Counted from the stretch's first letter, positions 1 through 10,715 are shown. The stretch is DNA of 64,000 nt from Nitrospirota bacterium (GCA_963788195.1 CAWBGA010000017.1:384001-448000); one strand, 5' to 3'. Program-made: numbers and translations. Notes: a model not told the origin generated them from the letters alone.

Positions 1-528
1 TCCCACGAACATGACGAGCGGCTATGCGGAGACGTCATCCGAGGAGCCGATCTATCTGGTGCCCACTGCGGCCGCAAAGGATCTAGCCAAAGATCTGTTC
101 GCACTTCGAAATAAGCAATTGCTCGCGTCCAACGCCGAACAGGTCAAGACCCTGGTGATCAAAAAAGAAGGCGAGGAGTACTCTCTCACGCATGAGGGAG
201 CCGAATGGCTGATCGACGGGGACCCTCGCGCCAAAGCCGACGCAGGAAAGGTGAATATGCTCTTGAGCCGTGCCTTCCAGTTGCAGGCTGAACGGATTGT
301 GACGGACAAGCCGGGGGATTTGAAGGATATGGGCTGGCGCTCCCGGTGGCGGAACTCACTGCCTCCGATGCTCAGGGCAAGGTATTGGGCCGGCTCATGG
401 TGGGCCGCGTGGAAAACAATCTTGCGTTCGCCCAGGGGTCGGCCCTCTCCGGCGTGTTTCAGATCCGACCTGACATCCTGCGGGAGATCCCCAAGAGAAG
501 CGAATTAGCCAAGCCTGCAGCGCCGTAA
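1..528 (+). CDS. DUF4340-like domain protein, C-terminal part (5' truncated by window; frameshift near ~330)
   Basis: ORF 11..508 (LRNKQLL, W-x-I, ADAGKVNMLL, DLKD-G) continues in ORF 346..528 (GRLMVGR..FAQ..VFQI). This resembles DUF4340 repeats. Confidence 0.55.
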
Positions 529-603
529 GGCCGCCCGACCCTACTAAAGAAGGTTTCGTCCACGCAGTCGTTCATTTATAGTTTTTAGTGATGGACGACT
601 GCG

Positions 604-2405
604 GTGCCACTTTCATTTCGAACACGACTGACCCTCTTCCTGGTGGCATTCGCCCTGGTATTGACCACGGCCCTCGAGTGGGTGGCGTATCGCACATCCC
701 GCGATATTATCAAAGGTGAAGCGACCCACGCGGTGGGCGTTGCCGCCAACGCGCGCGAACAAGCCTTGCTTCAGCTACTCCGCCGACAGGTGGAGCGCGC
801 CGAGAATTTTCTTAGGATTGCCCGGCTGAGCTGCCTGGACGATGGCCCCGCAAAGGCCGCCTGCTTCGCGGGACTCCTGGAGGATTTTAAACTCACGGAG
901 GGGGCTATCGCGGCGCGCATGGAGCATCGCACGGGGAAGCCAGTGGCCGTGGGCAATGAGGCCTCAATCTTCGCCGGCACCCAATTGGCTGAAAATCAGT
1001 TGGCCGCGTTTATCGCCGATGAGAAGGGCGCCTCGTATACTATAGACGTCGAGTCCGAAAACTACGAAGCGGCCGTGGCCTTGCGCTTCCCCATCACCGC
1101 GGTCATCTCGATCTTCAGTGACCGATATGGGCAAGGCCAATCCGGGCAAACTTTTCTCACTGACCCCCGCGGCGTCTTTATCACCCCTGTGAAAGCGTCG
1201 GGTCGGCCCGGACAAAGTCATCCGATGACGACCCCACTGAAAACATGCCTCGCCGGCAATGACGGTGAAGCGCTCGAGCGTGACTATCGGGATGTCGACG
1301 TGGTGCATGGTTTCGGCATGTGGAGGAGATCGGCGGCGGGTGCATTATGGCGCATCTCGACCAATCCGAGGCCTTTGCGCCCGCACAAGCTTTGCGCACT
1401 CAGGTCATCGTGATGTCTGCCGTTTTCGCCGGGTTTGCGATGGTCCTCTCTTTCGCCTTTGCGCAATCTCTGGGACGGCCTCTCGTCCGCCTTACCGCCC
1501 GCGCCCGCGCTCTGCAGGCGGGGGATTTTTCAAGCCCCGTGCCAATGGAAGGTCCTATGGAAGTGCGCACGTTCGCCGAGGCGTTCGCCTCGATGGCCCA
1601 ATCGCTCAATGTATCGCGGACGGCATTATTGGAGCGCGAACGAGACCTTCGCATGTTAAATGAGGATCTAGAGCGCAGAGTCGAAGAACGGACCCGCGAG
1701 TTGGCCCGGTCCAACGCAGAACTGGAACGATTCGCATACGTCGCCTCCCACGACTTGAAAGAGCCATTGAGGATGGTCATGAGCTTCACAAAATTGCTCT
1801 CAAAACGCTATAGGGACCGGCTTGATTCGGACGCCCAGCAATTCATCGACTTTGCCGTCGATGGGGCCGAACGGATGGAGCAATTGATTCATGACCTGCT
1901 GGCCTACTCCCGAGTGGATAGAGCTGACACACAATTCGAAGCGGTGGACTGTCAGGCGGCGCTCACGACCGCACTGATCAATGTCAAAACGGCTATCGAG
2001 GAGAGCGGGGCAATCGTCACCCATGACCTACTACCGGTCGTCACGGGGGATCGCACGCAACTGACTCAACTATTCCAAAATGTGATCGCCAATGCAGTGA
2101 AGTACCACAGCGAAAAGCCTCCCATCGTGCACGTTGCATGCGTGTCCAGGTCAACGCCGGATAATAAGCGGGAGTTGCTTTTTTCGGTGAGGGACAACGG
2201 TATTGGCATCGCTCCGCAATACGCCGACCGCATCTTTGTAATTTTTCAGCGTTTGCACAGTCCGGACGAGTATCCGGGCACAGGCGTCGGGCTTGCAATC
2301 TGCAAAAAAATTGTGGAACGCCATGGCGGACGCATCTGGGTTGAGTCCCAATTAGGTGGAGGCGCGACGTTTTATTTCACGCTTCCAACCACTCAGCTGA
2401 AATAG
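604..2405 (+). CDS. Membrane sensor histidine kinase (Cache-like sensor, HAMP, HisKA, HATPase_c); frameshift near ~1315
   Basis: ORF 604..1413 has an N-terminal TM and periplasmic part. ORF 1320..2405 has the second TM, HAMP, H-box FAYVASHDLKEPLR, N-box QLFQNVIANAVKY, and DNGIGI and GTGVGLA boxes. Confidence 0.9.
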
Positions 2406-2528
2406 TGTCCCTACTTAAGGAGAGTGTCACTGGGAGGTGCCCTCCGACTATGATAGCGGCGTTGGCTGTCCATGCGAATAGTGACACGAGACAGCAAAAC
2501 ACACGACCAAAGGACAAGGAGACAAGCG

Positions 2529-3361
2529 ATGAACGATATACGAGGAATTTTAGACTATACCGGCCGATGTCTGTTCTTCAGCCTGGCAATATCACACTTG
2601 GTTGCGCTGAAAATCCCGGGGTCCGGGACTCTGCGGGAACGACACCGAGTTCCAAAATGGAACAGACGTCCTCCCAGGCGGAAGATGCGCGCTTTACGAC
2701 TGTGGAGGAACAGGGCGCAAAACTCTGGAAACCCACCGGGCCGGGGCGCGTTGACAGCACGAGCAACACAGTCACCATCAATGCGAAGGACCGCGGTACA
2801 CAGCCTCTGCGCTTGAAGGTGGTCAATAGTCTGAACGCCGACCATGGATTCGCCATCGATAGCATGAAGGTCAAGGAGGTCCTGAAACCAGGTGAGGAGA
2901 GGACTATTTCGGTTCCCTTGGAAAACATCGAACCGTCCACCACGCGCCATCGGGTGTATTGCCAACTCCATGAAAAACATGTTCCTGCCACTCTGATCAT
3001 CAGTAAGGATCAGTCTTCAACAGCGGAAGCCGGAACCGTGGACCCCGGGGCTCATGGCAGAAGCCCTTCAGATTCCAGCCGCCCCGCTCAGTCGCGCCAG
3101 GATGAACGTCCTTCAGATTCCAGCCGTCCTGCTCAGTCGCGCCAGGACGCTGGCTCGATGGGGTCAGGGTCGCAATCCGGTGAGACCTCTGCTACCGTCA
3201 GCGGCGAGACCGAGGGGCAGCGAATGATCCGTGAGCAGAGCCAGCGTCAAAGAGAAATCGAAAGCACCTCTCGCGCGGACAAAGCACCAAGCAGCATTGA
3301 TCCTCAAGCGTGCGAGGGATTTCCGGGTTTCGACCGCGGGTGTCCGGGAAGCTCTAAGTAA
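2529..3361 (+). CDS. Secreted/lipoprotein cupredoxin-domain protein (nitrosocyanin-like fold) with Ser/Gln-rich tail; probable frameshift in signal peptide near ~2590
   Basis: SD AAGGAG precedes ATG 2529 (MNDIRG..LFFSLAI), which joins TLGC in the ORF 2405..3361 frame. The core VVNSLNADHGFAIDSMKVKEVLKPGEERTI..YCQLHEKHVPATLII is a cupredoxin signature. Confidence 0.7.
3065..3147 (+). repeat. Tandem 45-nt duplication encoding PSDSSRPAQSRQD twice
   Basis: CCTTCAGATTCCAGCCG..GCTCAGTCGCGCCAGGA starts at 3065 and again at 3110. Confidence 0.9.
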
Positions 3362-3582
3362 GACACGACCATATTTCAAGCGGGGGCCCGGGACAATCAG
3401 AATGTTCCGGGCCTTCACCCTCTGGCTACCAATTTCACCGCCGAAGCCTGTCAACCAGCTCTATTCCTAAGACCGGTCAAAGCCCCGCTAGACATTTTCA
3501 ATGATATCGTCGTGTTTTTGTCTATAGTGGTCGGTCGTTGAATTTGATAGCGTCCTTCCATCGCGAACGGGAGGACGACGAG

Positions 3583-3750
3583 ATGGAATGTGGTAAATGC
3601 CAAGGGCTCATGGTTGCAGAACGCGTCACCGACGGTCTGACACATCTCAATGAGTGGCGTTGTTTGAATTGTGGCTGTATTCTTGATCCGGTCATCGCTC
3701 AGCATAAAAATCAAAGCCATCAACGATCGCAAGTCGCTGCAGCCGCATAG
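3583..3750 (+). CDS. Small Zn-ribbon protein (CxxC..CxxC), 55 aa
   Basis: GGAGG SD, then MECGKCQGLMV..WRCLNCGCILDPVI. Paralog of 32645..32812. Confidence 0.75.
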   Translation: MECGKCQGLMVAERVTDGLTHLNEWRCLNCGCILDPVIAQHKNQSHQRSQVAAAA

Positions 3751-3756
3751 GAGGTC

Positions 3757-3948
3757 ATGATGTTGAAATGGGCCGCAATTTTTTTCGTGATCTCGATGAT
3801 CGCCGCACTTTTTGGCTTTACGGACGCGGCGGCCGGCGCCGCCCAAGTGGCCAAAGTGCTCTTTTACATTTGCCTGGCGATCTTCGCTGTATTTTTAGTC
3901 CTGGGACTCACTGTCGCGCAAAAGGTACGCGGATTATTTCCGCGATAA
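3757..3948 (+). CDS. DUF1328 (UPF0391/YtjA) small membrane protein
   Basis: MLKWAAIFFVISMIAALFGF..AAGAAQVAKVLFYI is the family pattern. SD AGGAGG present. Confidence 0.85.
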   Translation: MMLKWAAIFFVISMIAALFGFTDAAAGAAQVAKVLFYICLAIFAVFLVLGLTVAQKVRGLFPR

Positions 3949-3972
3949 CCGCGCCTAAGTCAGCTTCCGGCG

Positions 3973-5415
3973 CTAGAGCCCTGCGGAACTCGGGCTCCAG
4001 GTCCTTGACTTGGAGCCCGTTACGTCTCGGGCGACGCGAGGCCCATCCAGACCTTCTACTACTGGCATCGCCACGCCCACCAGTCCGCCGCCTTCGCCCC
4101 GTTTCAAAGTCAGCACATAACTCGTGAGGTCGTTCACCTCCTGATCATTTAAGGGAAACTTCGGCATAATGGATCCCGGAGAAACTGACTGCGGGTCGCG
4201 AAAATGCCGGACATGCCAGGCTCGGTCCGGGCGCGTATCCCCTACATAAGAGAGGTCCGGACAGATCGCTCCGCCCTCGCCATGGATCCGGTGACAGGTC
4301 GCGCACGCAAAGCGCGCGTAGAGGGCCTGCCCGCGCGCTACGGCGGGATCCGATCGTCGCACGGCATACAGATCCCGCAATGAGATCCCCAGCAGGGTAA
4401 ATACAACGGCCAAGAACGCCGCGCCCAGCGCGAGCGCGGCAGGCCGAGCCGCCGGGTGCCGTGTGGGGCTGCGATCAATGAAGGGCCAGAGCAACAGCCC
4501 CAGAAAAAACACAGCGGGCAGCACCCATGTCACCAGCGGTTCGAGCGGGCCATGCACGTACTTCAGAAGCTGATAGTAGAACAGGAAATACCATTCCGGG
4601 ACCGGAACAAAGGTCGTGTCGGACGGATTGGCTTTGTCGGCCAGGGGGAAAGGAATAGTGAGCGCCAGGACAACCAGGATGACGAAGATCCCGAATATGA
4701 CGACGGCATCCATATAGACCTGGCGCGGGTAAAAGGTCTCAGTGCCCAACGATGCTCGCTGTTCGCTCCACGGCCCGGCAGGCCCGACCCGGCGGAGAAT
4801 AAACAGATGCAGCAGGATTCCGGCTCCGATCAAAGCAGGCAGGAAAAGCACGTGCACCGCAAAGAACCGGGAGAGCGTCAAGGCGCCCAACGACTCACCG
4901 CCACGAAGAACTTTGACGAAGAAATCGCCGATCATCGGGACGGTGCCGACCATGTTGATCCCGATCTGCGTCGCCCAATACGCGTTTTGATCCCATGGCA
5001 AGAGATAGCCGGTGAAGGCGAATGTCAGCGTGATAAGAAGCAGCACCACTCCCACCATCCACATCACTTCTCGTGGCCGTTTGTAGGCTCCATAGAGAAA
5101 CGTCTGCAGCATGTGTAAACCAATCGCGACGACCATCGCGGAAGCGCCCCAATGGTGGAGCGCTCGCACGAACCGCCCGAACATCACCTCTTTTTCGATG
5201 AATTGAATACTGTCGTAGGCGTGGTCCGGGGTGGGCGCATAATAAATTGCCAAAAACATCCCGGTGAGCGCCTGCAACAGGAAGAGAAACAGCGTGGCCG
5301 AACCGAACACGTATATCCAGCTGGCGCCGCCGGGGATCGGCTCATCGAGCAGAGTGCGTTGAAGGCGTTTGAGCTTTAATCGGCTATCGAGCCATTGATA
5401 GAGTCGGGAAGCCAT
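3973..5415 (-). CDS. qcrB: Cytochrome bc complex cytochrome b subunit (b6 + subunit IV) fused to a C-terminal c-type cytochrome
   Basis: Heme b His in ALHHWGAS, GLHM and AVHVLFLP..LLHL; GYLLPWDQ; PEWY motif; C-terminal CATCH and distal GSIMP. Confidence 0.92.
   Translation of the reverse strand: MASRLYQWLDSRLKLKRLQRTLLDEPIPGGASWIYVFGSATLFLFLLQALTGMFLAIYYAPTPDHAYDSIQFIEKEVMFGRFVRALHHWGASAMVVAIGLHMLQTFLYGAYKRPREVMWMVGVVLLLITLTFAFTGYLLPWDQNAYWATQIGINMVGTVPMIGDFFVKVLRGGESLGALTLSRFFAVHVLFLPALIGAGILLHLFILRRVGPAGPWSEQRASLGTETFYPRQVYMDAVVIFGIFVILVVLALTIPFPLADKANPSDTTFVPVPEWYFLFYYQLLKYVHGPLEPLVTWVLPAVFFLGLLLWPFIDRSPTRHPAARPAALALGAAFLAVVFTLLGISLRDLYAVRRSDPAVARGQALYARFACATCHRIHGEGGAICPDLSYVGDTRPDRAWHVRHFRDPQSVSPGSIMPKFPLNDQEVNDLTSYVLTLKRGEGGGLVGVAMPVVEGLDGPRVARDVTGSKSRTWSPSSAGL
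3991..4019. terminator. 13-bp hairpin between convergent DUF1328 and cytochrome b genes
   Basis: CGGGCTCCAGGTC-ctt-GACTTGGAGCCCG. There is no clear U-tract, and it overlaps the probably spurious C-terminal extension of the cyt b ORF. Confidence 0.4.
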
Positions 5416-5418
5416 CGA

Positions 5419-5964
5419 TCATCGTTCCACTTTGGTGGGCAGGCCGGCCTTGTATTCCTCATAGATCACGAGCAATCGGCCGTTCTCCACTTTGGCCGGC
5501 AAAGTGTCCAACGGTCGGGGGGCCGGGCCTGCGAGAACTTCGCCGGTGACACCGTATACGCTGCCGTGACACGGGCATTTGAACCGTCGCTCTCCGCCGT
5601 CCCACCGGTAGCCGCACCCCAGGTGGGGACAGAGCGGCGAGAAGACCGTAATCCGGCCGTCGGGGACCTTCACGGCCCATACCGCTTTCGTGGCTTTCGT
5701 CTCTATGTACCCGTCCTGAATCGTCATCACATGCTCGAGTTGCTTCGGTTTTTGGGGGATCAGGTCATTGGCATTCCCGACGTCCACCCAGCGTTTCGTC
5801 CGGCGCTTGAGACCCGGGGAGATAACGAACCCGAGCAAGGGGATTGCCAGACTCAGGCCAATAACGCCGGCCACGGCAGCCGTGACCCACACGAAAAATT
5901 TTCGGCGCGGACCGACCGGGGTATAAAAACCTTCGGGTGGTGAAAAGCCGCTCTCTTCAGCCAT
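5419..5964 (-). CDS. qcrA: Rieske 2Fe-2S subunit of cytochrome bc complex
   Basis: Tat-like RRKFF plus TM; CPHLGC and CPCHGS boxes; GPAPRPL. Confidence 0.95.
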   Translation of the reverse strand: MAEESGFSPPEGFYTPVGPRRKFFVWVTAAVAGVIGLSLAIPLLGFVISPGLKRRTKRWVDVGNANDLIPQKPKQLEHVMTIQDGYIETKATKAVWAVKVPDGRITVFSPLCPHLGCGYRWDGGERRFKCPCHGSVYGVTGEVLAGPAPRPLDTLPAKVENGRLLVIYEEYKAGLPTKVER

Positions 5965-6014
5965 GTGGCATGCTCCGCTCGTTTGTGTACTCTGAGCTCC
6001 AACGCCAAGGATTT

Positions 6015-6230
6015 GGGCTAGGATGTGCCAAGACGCATCCCTGTTCCATTACACCCGGCCCACCCCGGCGCTGCCTTTCACCCTCCCAGCCCTGGAGTTT
6101 GCCAAGACAAACTCCTTTGCCCCTGGACAGCGTCTTTTCCCATGGCCTGGGATGCGCATTACACCCACCCGTCCCTGGCCTCGCCGAGACGAGGCCCTTG
6201 CCCACGGGACGCATCCCTTTTCCCCTGGAA
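6015..6230 (+). repeat. Hairpin mini-element cluster A (GCC-RR-GAC loop family), with two nested insertions
   Basis: Hairpins at 6021-6040, 6094-6115 and 6177-6196; outer split hairpins at 6067-6134 and 6149-6217; CACCC-rich leaders. Confidence 0.85.
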
Positions 6231-6278
6231 TGCGGTGGAGCATCTCATACGGTTTCGGATTCAGTCAACGACGTGGAT

Positions 6279-6944
6279 CTAGAGGGAGGCCAAGTCGAGA
6301 AGCTCGCGGACTTCCTCGTCTGTCGTCTGTGAGAAGTCCTCGTACCACTCTCCGACCCCGTGGAAGGGGTCCGGCGTAAGGCCGCACACGATTCTATCCA
6401 CTTCCAGCTTGAGCTCCTCGCAGGTGCTGGCCGCGGCGACAGGGACCGCCACCACGATTTTCGCCGGGCGCTGCTGGCGCAGCGCCGCCACCGCCGCCCG
6501 CATTGTAGAGCCGGTAGCAAGGCCGTCATCGACGAGGATAACCGTCCGGCCCTGGACGGCGGGCGCTGGTCGTGCGTCTCGATACATCTGGTTCCGACGC
6601 TCGAGTTCCTTCTGTTCCGCCGCGGCAACCGCCGCAATGACCCGTTCTGAGATGCCAAGATGCCGTACCACTTCGGCATTCAAAATCCGGATCCCGCCCG
6701 GTGCAATCGCCCCCATTGCCAGTTCTTCCTGACCGGGCACTCCCAATTTCCGCACGACGAAGACGTCGAGCGGGACCCTCAGCGCCTTGGCCAGCTCATA
6801 GCCAACGGGCACGCCCCCGCGTGGCAGGGCCAACACCAGCACGTCGGACCGATTCGCGTATTCTTCGAGGCTTGCGGCCAACTGCTGACCCGCTTGTCTT
6901 CGATTCTGAAACAGCGCGCTCATGCCGCTCGAAGGTCCTTTCAC
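6279..6944 (-). CDS. Type I phosphoribosyltransferase-family protein
   Basis: FQNRRQAG, LALPRGGVPVG, VRKLGVPGQEELAMGAIA, and PRPP motif VILVDDGLATGSTM. Confidence 0.9.
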   Translation of the reverse strand: MKGPSSGMSALFQNRRQAGQQLAASLEEYANRSDVLVLALPRGGVPVGYELAKALRVPLDVFVVRKLGVPGQEELAMGAIAPGGIRILNAEVVRHLGISERVIAAVAAAEQKELERRNQMYRDARPAPAVQGRTVILVDDGLATGSTMRAAVAALRQQRPAKIVVAVPVAAASTCEELKLEVDRIVCGLTPDPFHGVGEWYEDFSQTTDEEVRELLDLASL

Positions 6945-7109
6945 TTCCTGGCGATGAGTGAATTTGTGACCCCTGTCTTACACCAAGTCACATGGATTGA
7001 CACAGCTAAATTCATGCTTACATCTATAGATGCCTCAGATGCACGTATGTGATCCTCATCGGAGGCCATCTGATCCAAGGCGCAATGCGAAAGGAATATA
7101 AGGAATATT

Positions 7110-9617
7110 ATGAGCGATCATGCTGATAATGCTATCACAACCCTGCCTGTGCTTCCTGTGAAGCGAACTGTCTTGTTTCCCGGCGTGCGGGTGCCGCTGA
7201 CCGTGGGACGGGACCGTTCGGTCGCGGCAGTGGAGTTTGCGTTGAAAACCGAGGACAAGACCATCTTGATCGTGGCCCAACGCGATCCGGACACCGCGGA
7301 GCCGACGCTTGAAGAGTTGCATCACATCGGTACAAAAGCGGTCATCAAGCAAACGGGACGATCGGCCGATGGTCAACTGCATGCGGTGGTCGAAGGGGTT
7401 GATCGATTTGTGGTGCTCAAGGCCGAACAAACGGCGCCGTTTCTCAAGGTTCGGGCGCGGCTGCTTCCCGCTCCTTCCGATTCAGGACCGGAAATCAGCG
7501 CGCTTCATCGCGCCATCAGCGATCTCGTCGATCAACTTCCATCGTTGATTCAGCTGGCAGGCATCGGGGAAGTCGCCGAGACCCTGAGGGCTGAGCGCGA
7601 TCCGGTGGCATTTGCCTATCGGGTGGCGTCCCTGCTCAACCTCACCGGAGGTGCCGAGCAGACGTTGCTCGAGGCGCAGACAGGCGCCGATTTACTGCGC
7701 AAGGTCTTCGCGGCGCTCTCGCATGAGATACAAATTCTCACGCTGCGAAACAAAATCGCCAGCGACGCTCAGGCAGAGATGGGGAAGACTCAACGCGAAT
7801 ACATTCTGCGGCAGCAATTAAAAGCGATCCAGCAGGAGTTGGGGGAGGGGGAGGATGACGAGGGCGGCGTCGCCGAGATCAAAACCCGGATCGAAAAAGC
7901 TGAACTGCCCGATCACGTCCGAAAGGAAGCTGATCGTGAAGTGGCGCGGCTCGCAAAGATTCCGGCGGCCTCTCCGGAGCACCAAGTCATCCGAAGCTAT
8001 CTTGAGCTGTTGCTTGAACTGCCCTGGACCAAAGTCTCCGCGGACAGCCTGGAGCTGGCCCGGGTACGTCAGGTCTTGGATGAAGATCATTATGGGATTC
8101 AGGACGTCAAAGAGCGGATCGTGGAGCACTTGGCGATTTTGAAGTTGAACCCCGAGCGCAAAGGCCCCGATCCTCTGCCTGGTCGGGCCTCCAGGGGTGG
8201 GAAAGACCAGTTTGGGGCAATCGATCGCGCGGGCTCTGGGGCGGCGTTTTGAACGGATCAGCCTCGGCGGCGTCCATGACGAGGCCGAGCTCAGAGGGCA
8301 CCGGCGCACCTATGTTGGAGCGATGCCGGGCCGGATCATTCAAGCGATCCGCCGGTCCGGCGTGAAGAATCCTGTGCTGATGCTGGATGAGGTGGATAAG
8401 ATGGGCCGTGACTTCCGTGGCGACCCGGCGGCGGCGCTGTTGGAGGTGCTCGACCCGGCGCAGAACAACACCTTCACGGATCATTACCTGGATCTGGCAT
8501 TCGACCTCTCACAGGTCTTCTTCATTACGACCGCGAATACTCTGGACCCGGTGTCGGAACCTCTTCTGGACCGGATGGAAGTGATCCGGCTGCCGGGCTA
8601 TAGCGAGCAAGAGAAACGCGAGATTGCGAAGCGCTATCTATGGCCCCGCCGCCTGAAGGAAGCTGGATTGAGCATGGAGCAGATTCAGCTGCCCGATGAG
8701 GTGCTCACGGAAATCATCTGCCGGTACACGCGGGAAGCGGGCGTCCGCCAGCTCGAGCAGATGCTGGGGCGTCTCACGCGTAAGATTGCCGTGCAATTGG
8801 CGGATCGGCCTGCGGTTGATGAACCAAGCGCGACTCCCGAGCTGATTATCATTGACCGGCAGCGTCTGGATGAGTGGCTCGGTACGGAGCGCTTCATGCC
8901 GGAAGAGGCGCGCAAGCAACTTCCCTCCCGGAGTGGCCACAGGGCTGGCCTGGACGGCGACAGGCGGCGATGTACTCTACGTCGAGACGACGCTGTTGCC
9001 AGGAGGGCACGATTTGACGCTCACCGGGCAGTTGGGCGAAGTGATGCAGGAGTCGGCGCGCGCGGCCCGTAGCTATCTCTGGTCTCACGCGGAAGCGATG
9101 GGTCTGGATATCTCCCGCTTCAAACGAAACGGGGTCCACATTCATGTGCCCGCCGGGGCAATTCCGAAGGATGGGCCCTCGGCGGGCATCACGATGGCCA
9201 CGGCCCTTGCCTCGGCCTATCATAACGTGTCGGTCCGAAGCGATACCGCAATGACCGGTGAGATCAGTCTGAGCGGACTCGTGTTACCGGTGGGGGGAAT
9301 CAAGGAAAAGATCCTCGCGGCGCGCAGGGCCGGCATTCAAGCGAGTGATTATGCCGAAGGCCAACCAGAAAGACCTGAAAGAAGTGCCGGAGCAGGTTCG
9401 AAACGAGATGAGTTTTATTTTCGTGGAGACTATCGAGGAGGTCCTACCGGCCGCCTTTGATCAAAAGCAGGATAGGGACCTTCATCCTGCTTTGACGGCA
9501 CTTAACAAACTAGGTCAGCCCCAGGGGCTTGTACAGGGTCTAGGACTCTGCACAAGCCCCTACCGGCCTCAAGCACTTCTGGCTATCCCCTTCTCCACGA
9601 GGAAGGGTTGGATCTGA
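7110..9617 (+). CDS. lon: ATP-dependent Lon protease (LonA); about three frameshifts near ~8165, ~8925 and ~9340
   Basis: N-domain [21 protein letters not shown]; Walker [16 protein letters not shown]; catalytic DGPSAG and GGIKEK spread over ORFs 7110..8252, 8197..9072, 8852..9460 and 9345..9617. Confidence 0.93.
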
Positions 9618-9742
9618 AATCCGACAATGAGTGAATCATTGCCTCTCATTTTTGCGAGCCTGGACCGCTTCTGCGCGCTGCCTAGAGTGGAGTGCCAGAA
9701 CTGATCATCATTGACCCACACGAGATATCCTGTCTTTTTCAT
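9569..9742 (-). CDS. Putative 57-aa microprotein (not in ORF track)
   Basis: Strong SD AAGGAGG upstream of ATG 9742. Translation [60 protein letters not shown] at 9571-9569. Confidence 0.5.
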   Translation of the reverse strand: MKKTGYLVWVNDDQFWHSTLGSAQKRSRLAKMRGNDSLIVGFQIQPFLVEKGIARSA

Positions 9743-10030
9743 ACACGCCCCCCCTCCTTGAGGACTGAAGTCGGCTTCAGGTCAGGAGTTATTCTTTAGG
9801 GTTAGCCTATCCTCATTAAGGGTAGAAGTCTATCTAGGCCAATCACGTATAGACATTCCGGCCGCTTTTTAAGTACTTCGGCCTAAAAACCCCAACGCCG
9901 AGCACCATTCCCTGAAACTCTCGCACACCTTGGTCCTTGAGCCCGTCCGAAGGCGAACATTCCCCGGATACAATCGAAACATAGCGCAGACTTGCACTTT
10001 AAAAGTTTGATGCTGTCGTTCGTCAGTCTA

Positions 10031-10039
10031 TGGTACACT
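10031..10039 (+). promoter_or_regulatory. Extended -10 promoter element for tRNA-Arg
   Basis: TGgTACACT ends 11 nt upstream of the tRNA 5' end. Confidence 0.5.
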
Positions 10040-10050
10040 CTCTCCTCATT

Positions 10051-10127
10051 GGCCCCGTAGCTCAGTTGGATAGAGCAGCGGTTTCCTAAACCGTTTGTCG
10101 TGAGTTCAATTCTCGCCGGGGCCACCA
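10051..10127 (+). tRNA. tRNA-Arg(CCT)
   Basis: GGCCCCG/CGGGGCC acceptor stem, D-arm TAGCTCAGTTGGATAGAGC, anticodon loop TT-CCT-AA, T-loop GTTCAAT, encoded 3' ACCA. Confidence 0.97.
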
Positions 10128-10186
10128 AATTCAAGGCCGGGACTCACGGCTAGCGCGGTACTGTGAGTCTTGAGGTTCCCCCCACT

Positions 10187-10715
10187 TTACCGCTTCGTGA
10201 TCGAGTCAGCGTAAGCATCCGGGATTTGCGCAGTATGCACGACCACTTTGTCTCCTATTTGAAGCGGGCTATCGGTGCTCGTGCCGGTATCCGCGTAGAC
10301 TCGTACTTCTCTTCCGTTAGCATCTTCAATAACGTAGTATCCCTTACTGATGGAAACGACTTTACCCTCTACCATCCTCGGGCTGCCTAGTTTGTTGATG
10401 GACGTCGCATATGGCACGGCATCCGCAGGAATGGTCGCTGTGCGCGCCACAATCTTGTCCCCAGGAGACAGATTCCCGTCTATCTTGGTCGTTTTATCCG
10501 TGTAAAGGCGGACCTGCTTCCCTGTGATATCTTTTACAACATAGTAATTACCCTCAAAGCGCAGGACTTCGCCTTCCAATGTTTGGGGCTTGGGCAGACC
10601 TTCCACACTCTGAGGGCTGTAGGTTTGGTGGCGTGGTGTCTGCGCCCGCAGCCTGGCTGAGCGGGCTTACTCCGAGCAATGATGCAAAAGCAATAAATGC
10701 GACCTTGTTATTCAT
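10187..10715 (-). CDS. Secreted protein with two OB-fold-like (DUF5666-like) repeats; frameshift near ~10610
   Basis: SD GGAGG and ATG 10715 give a signal peptide (MNNKVAFIAFASLLG). ORF 10187..10606 has the repeat EGEVLRFEGNYYVVKD..G..VRLYTD..T..GDKIV twice. Confidence 0.7.
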
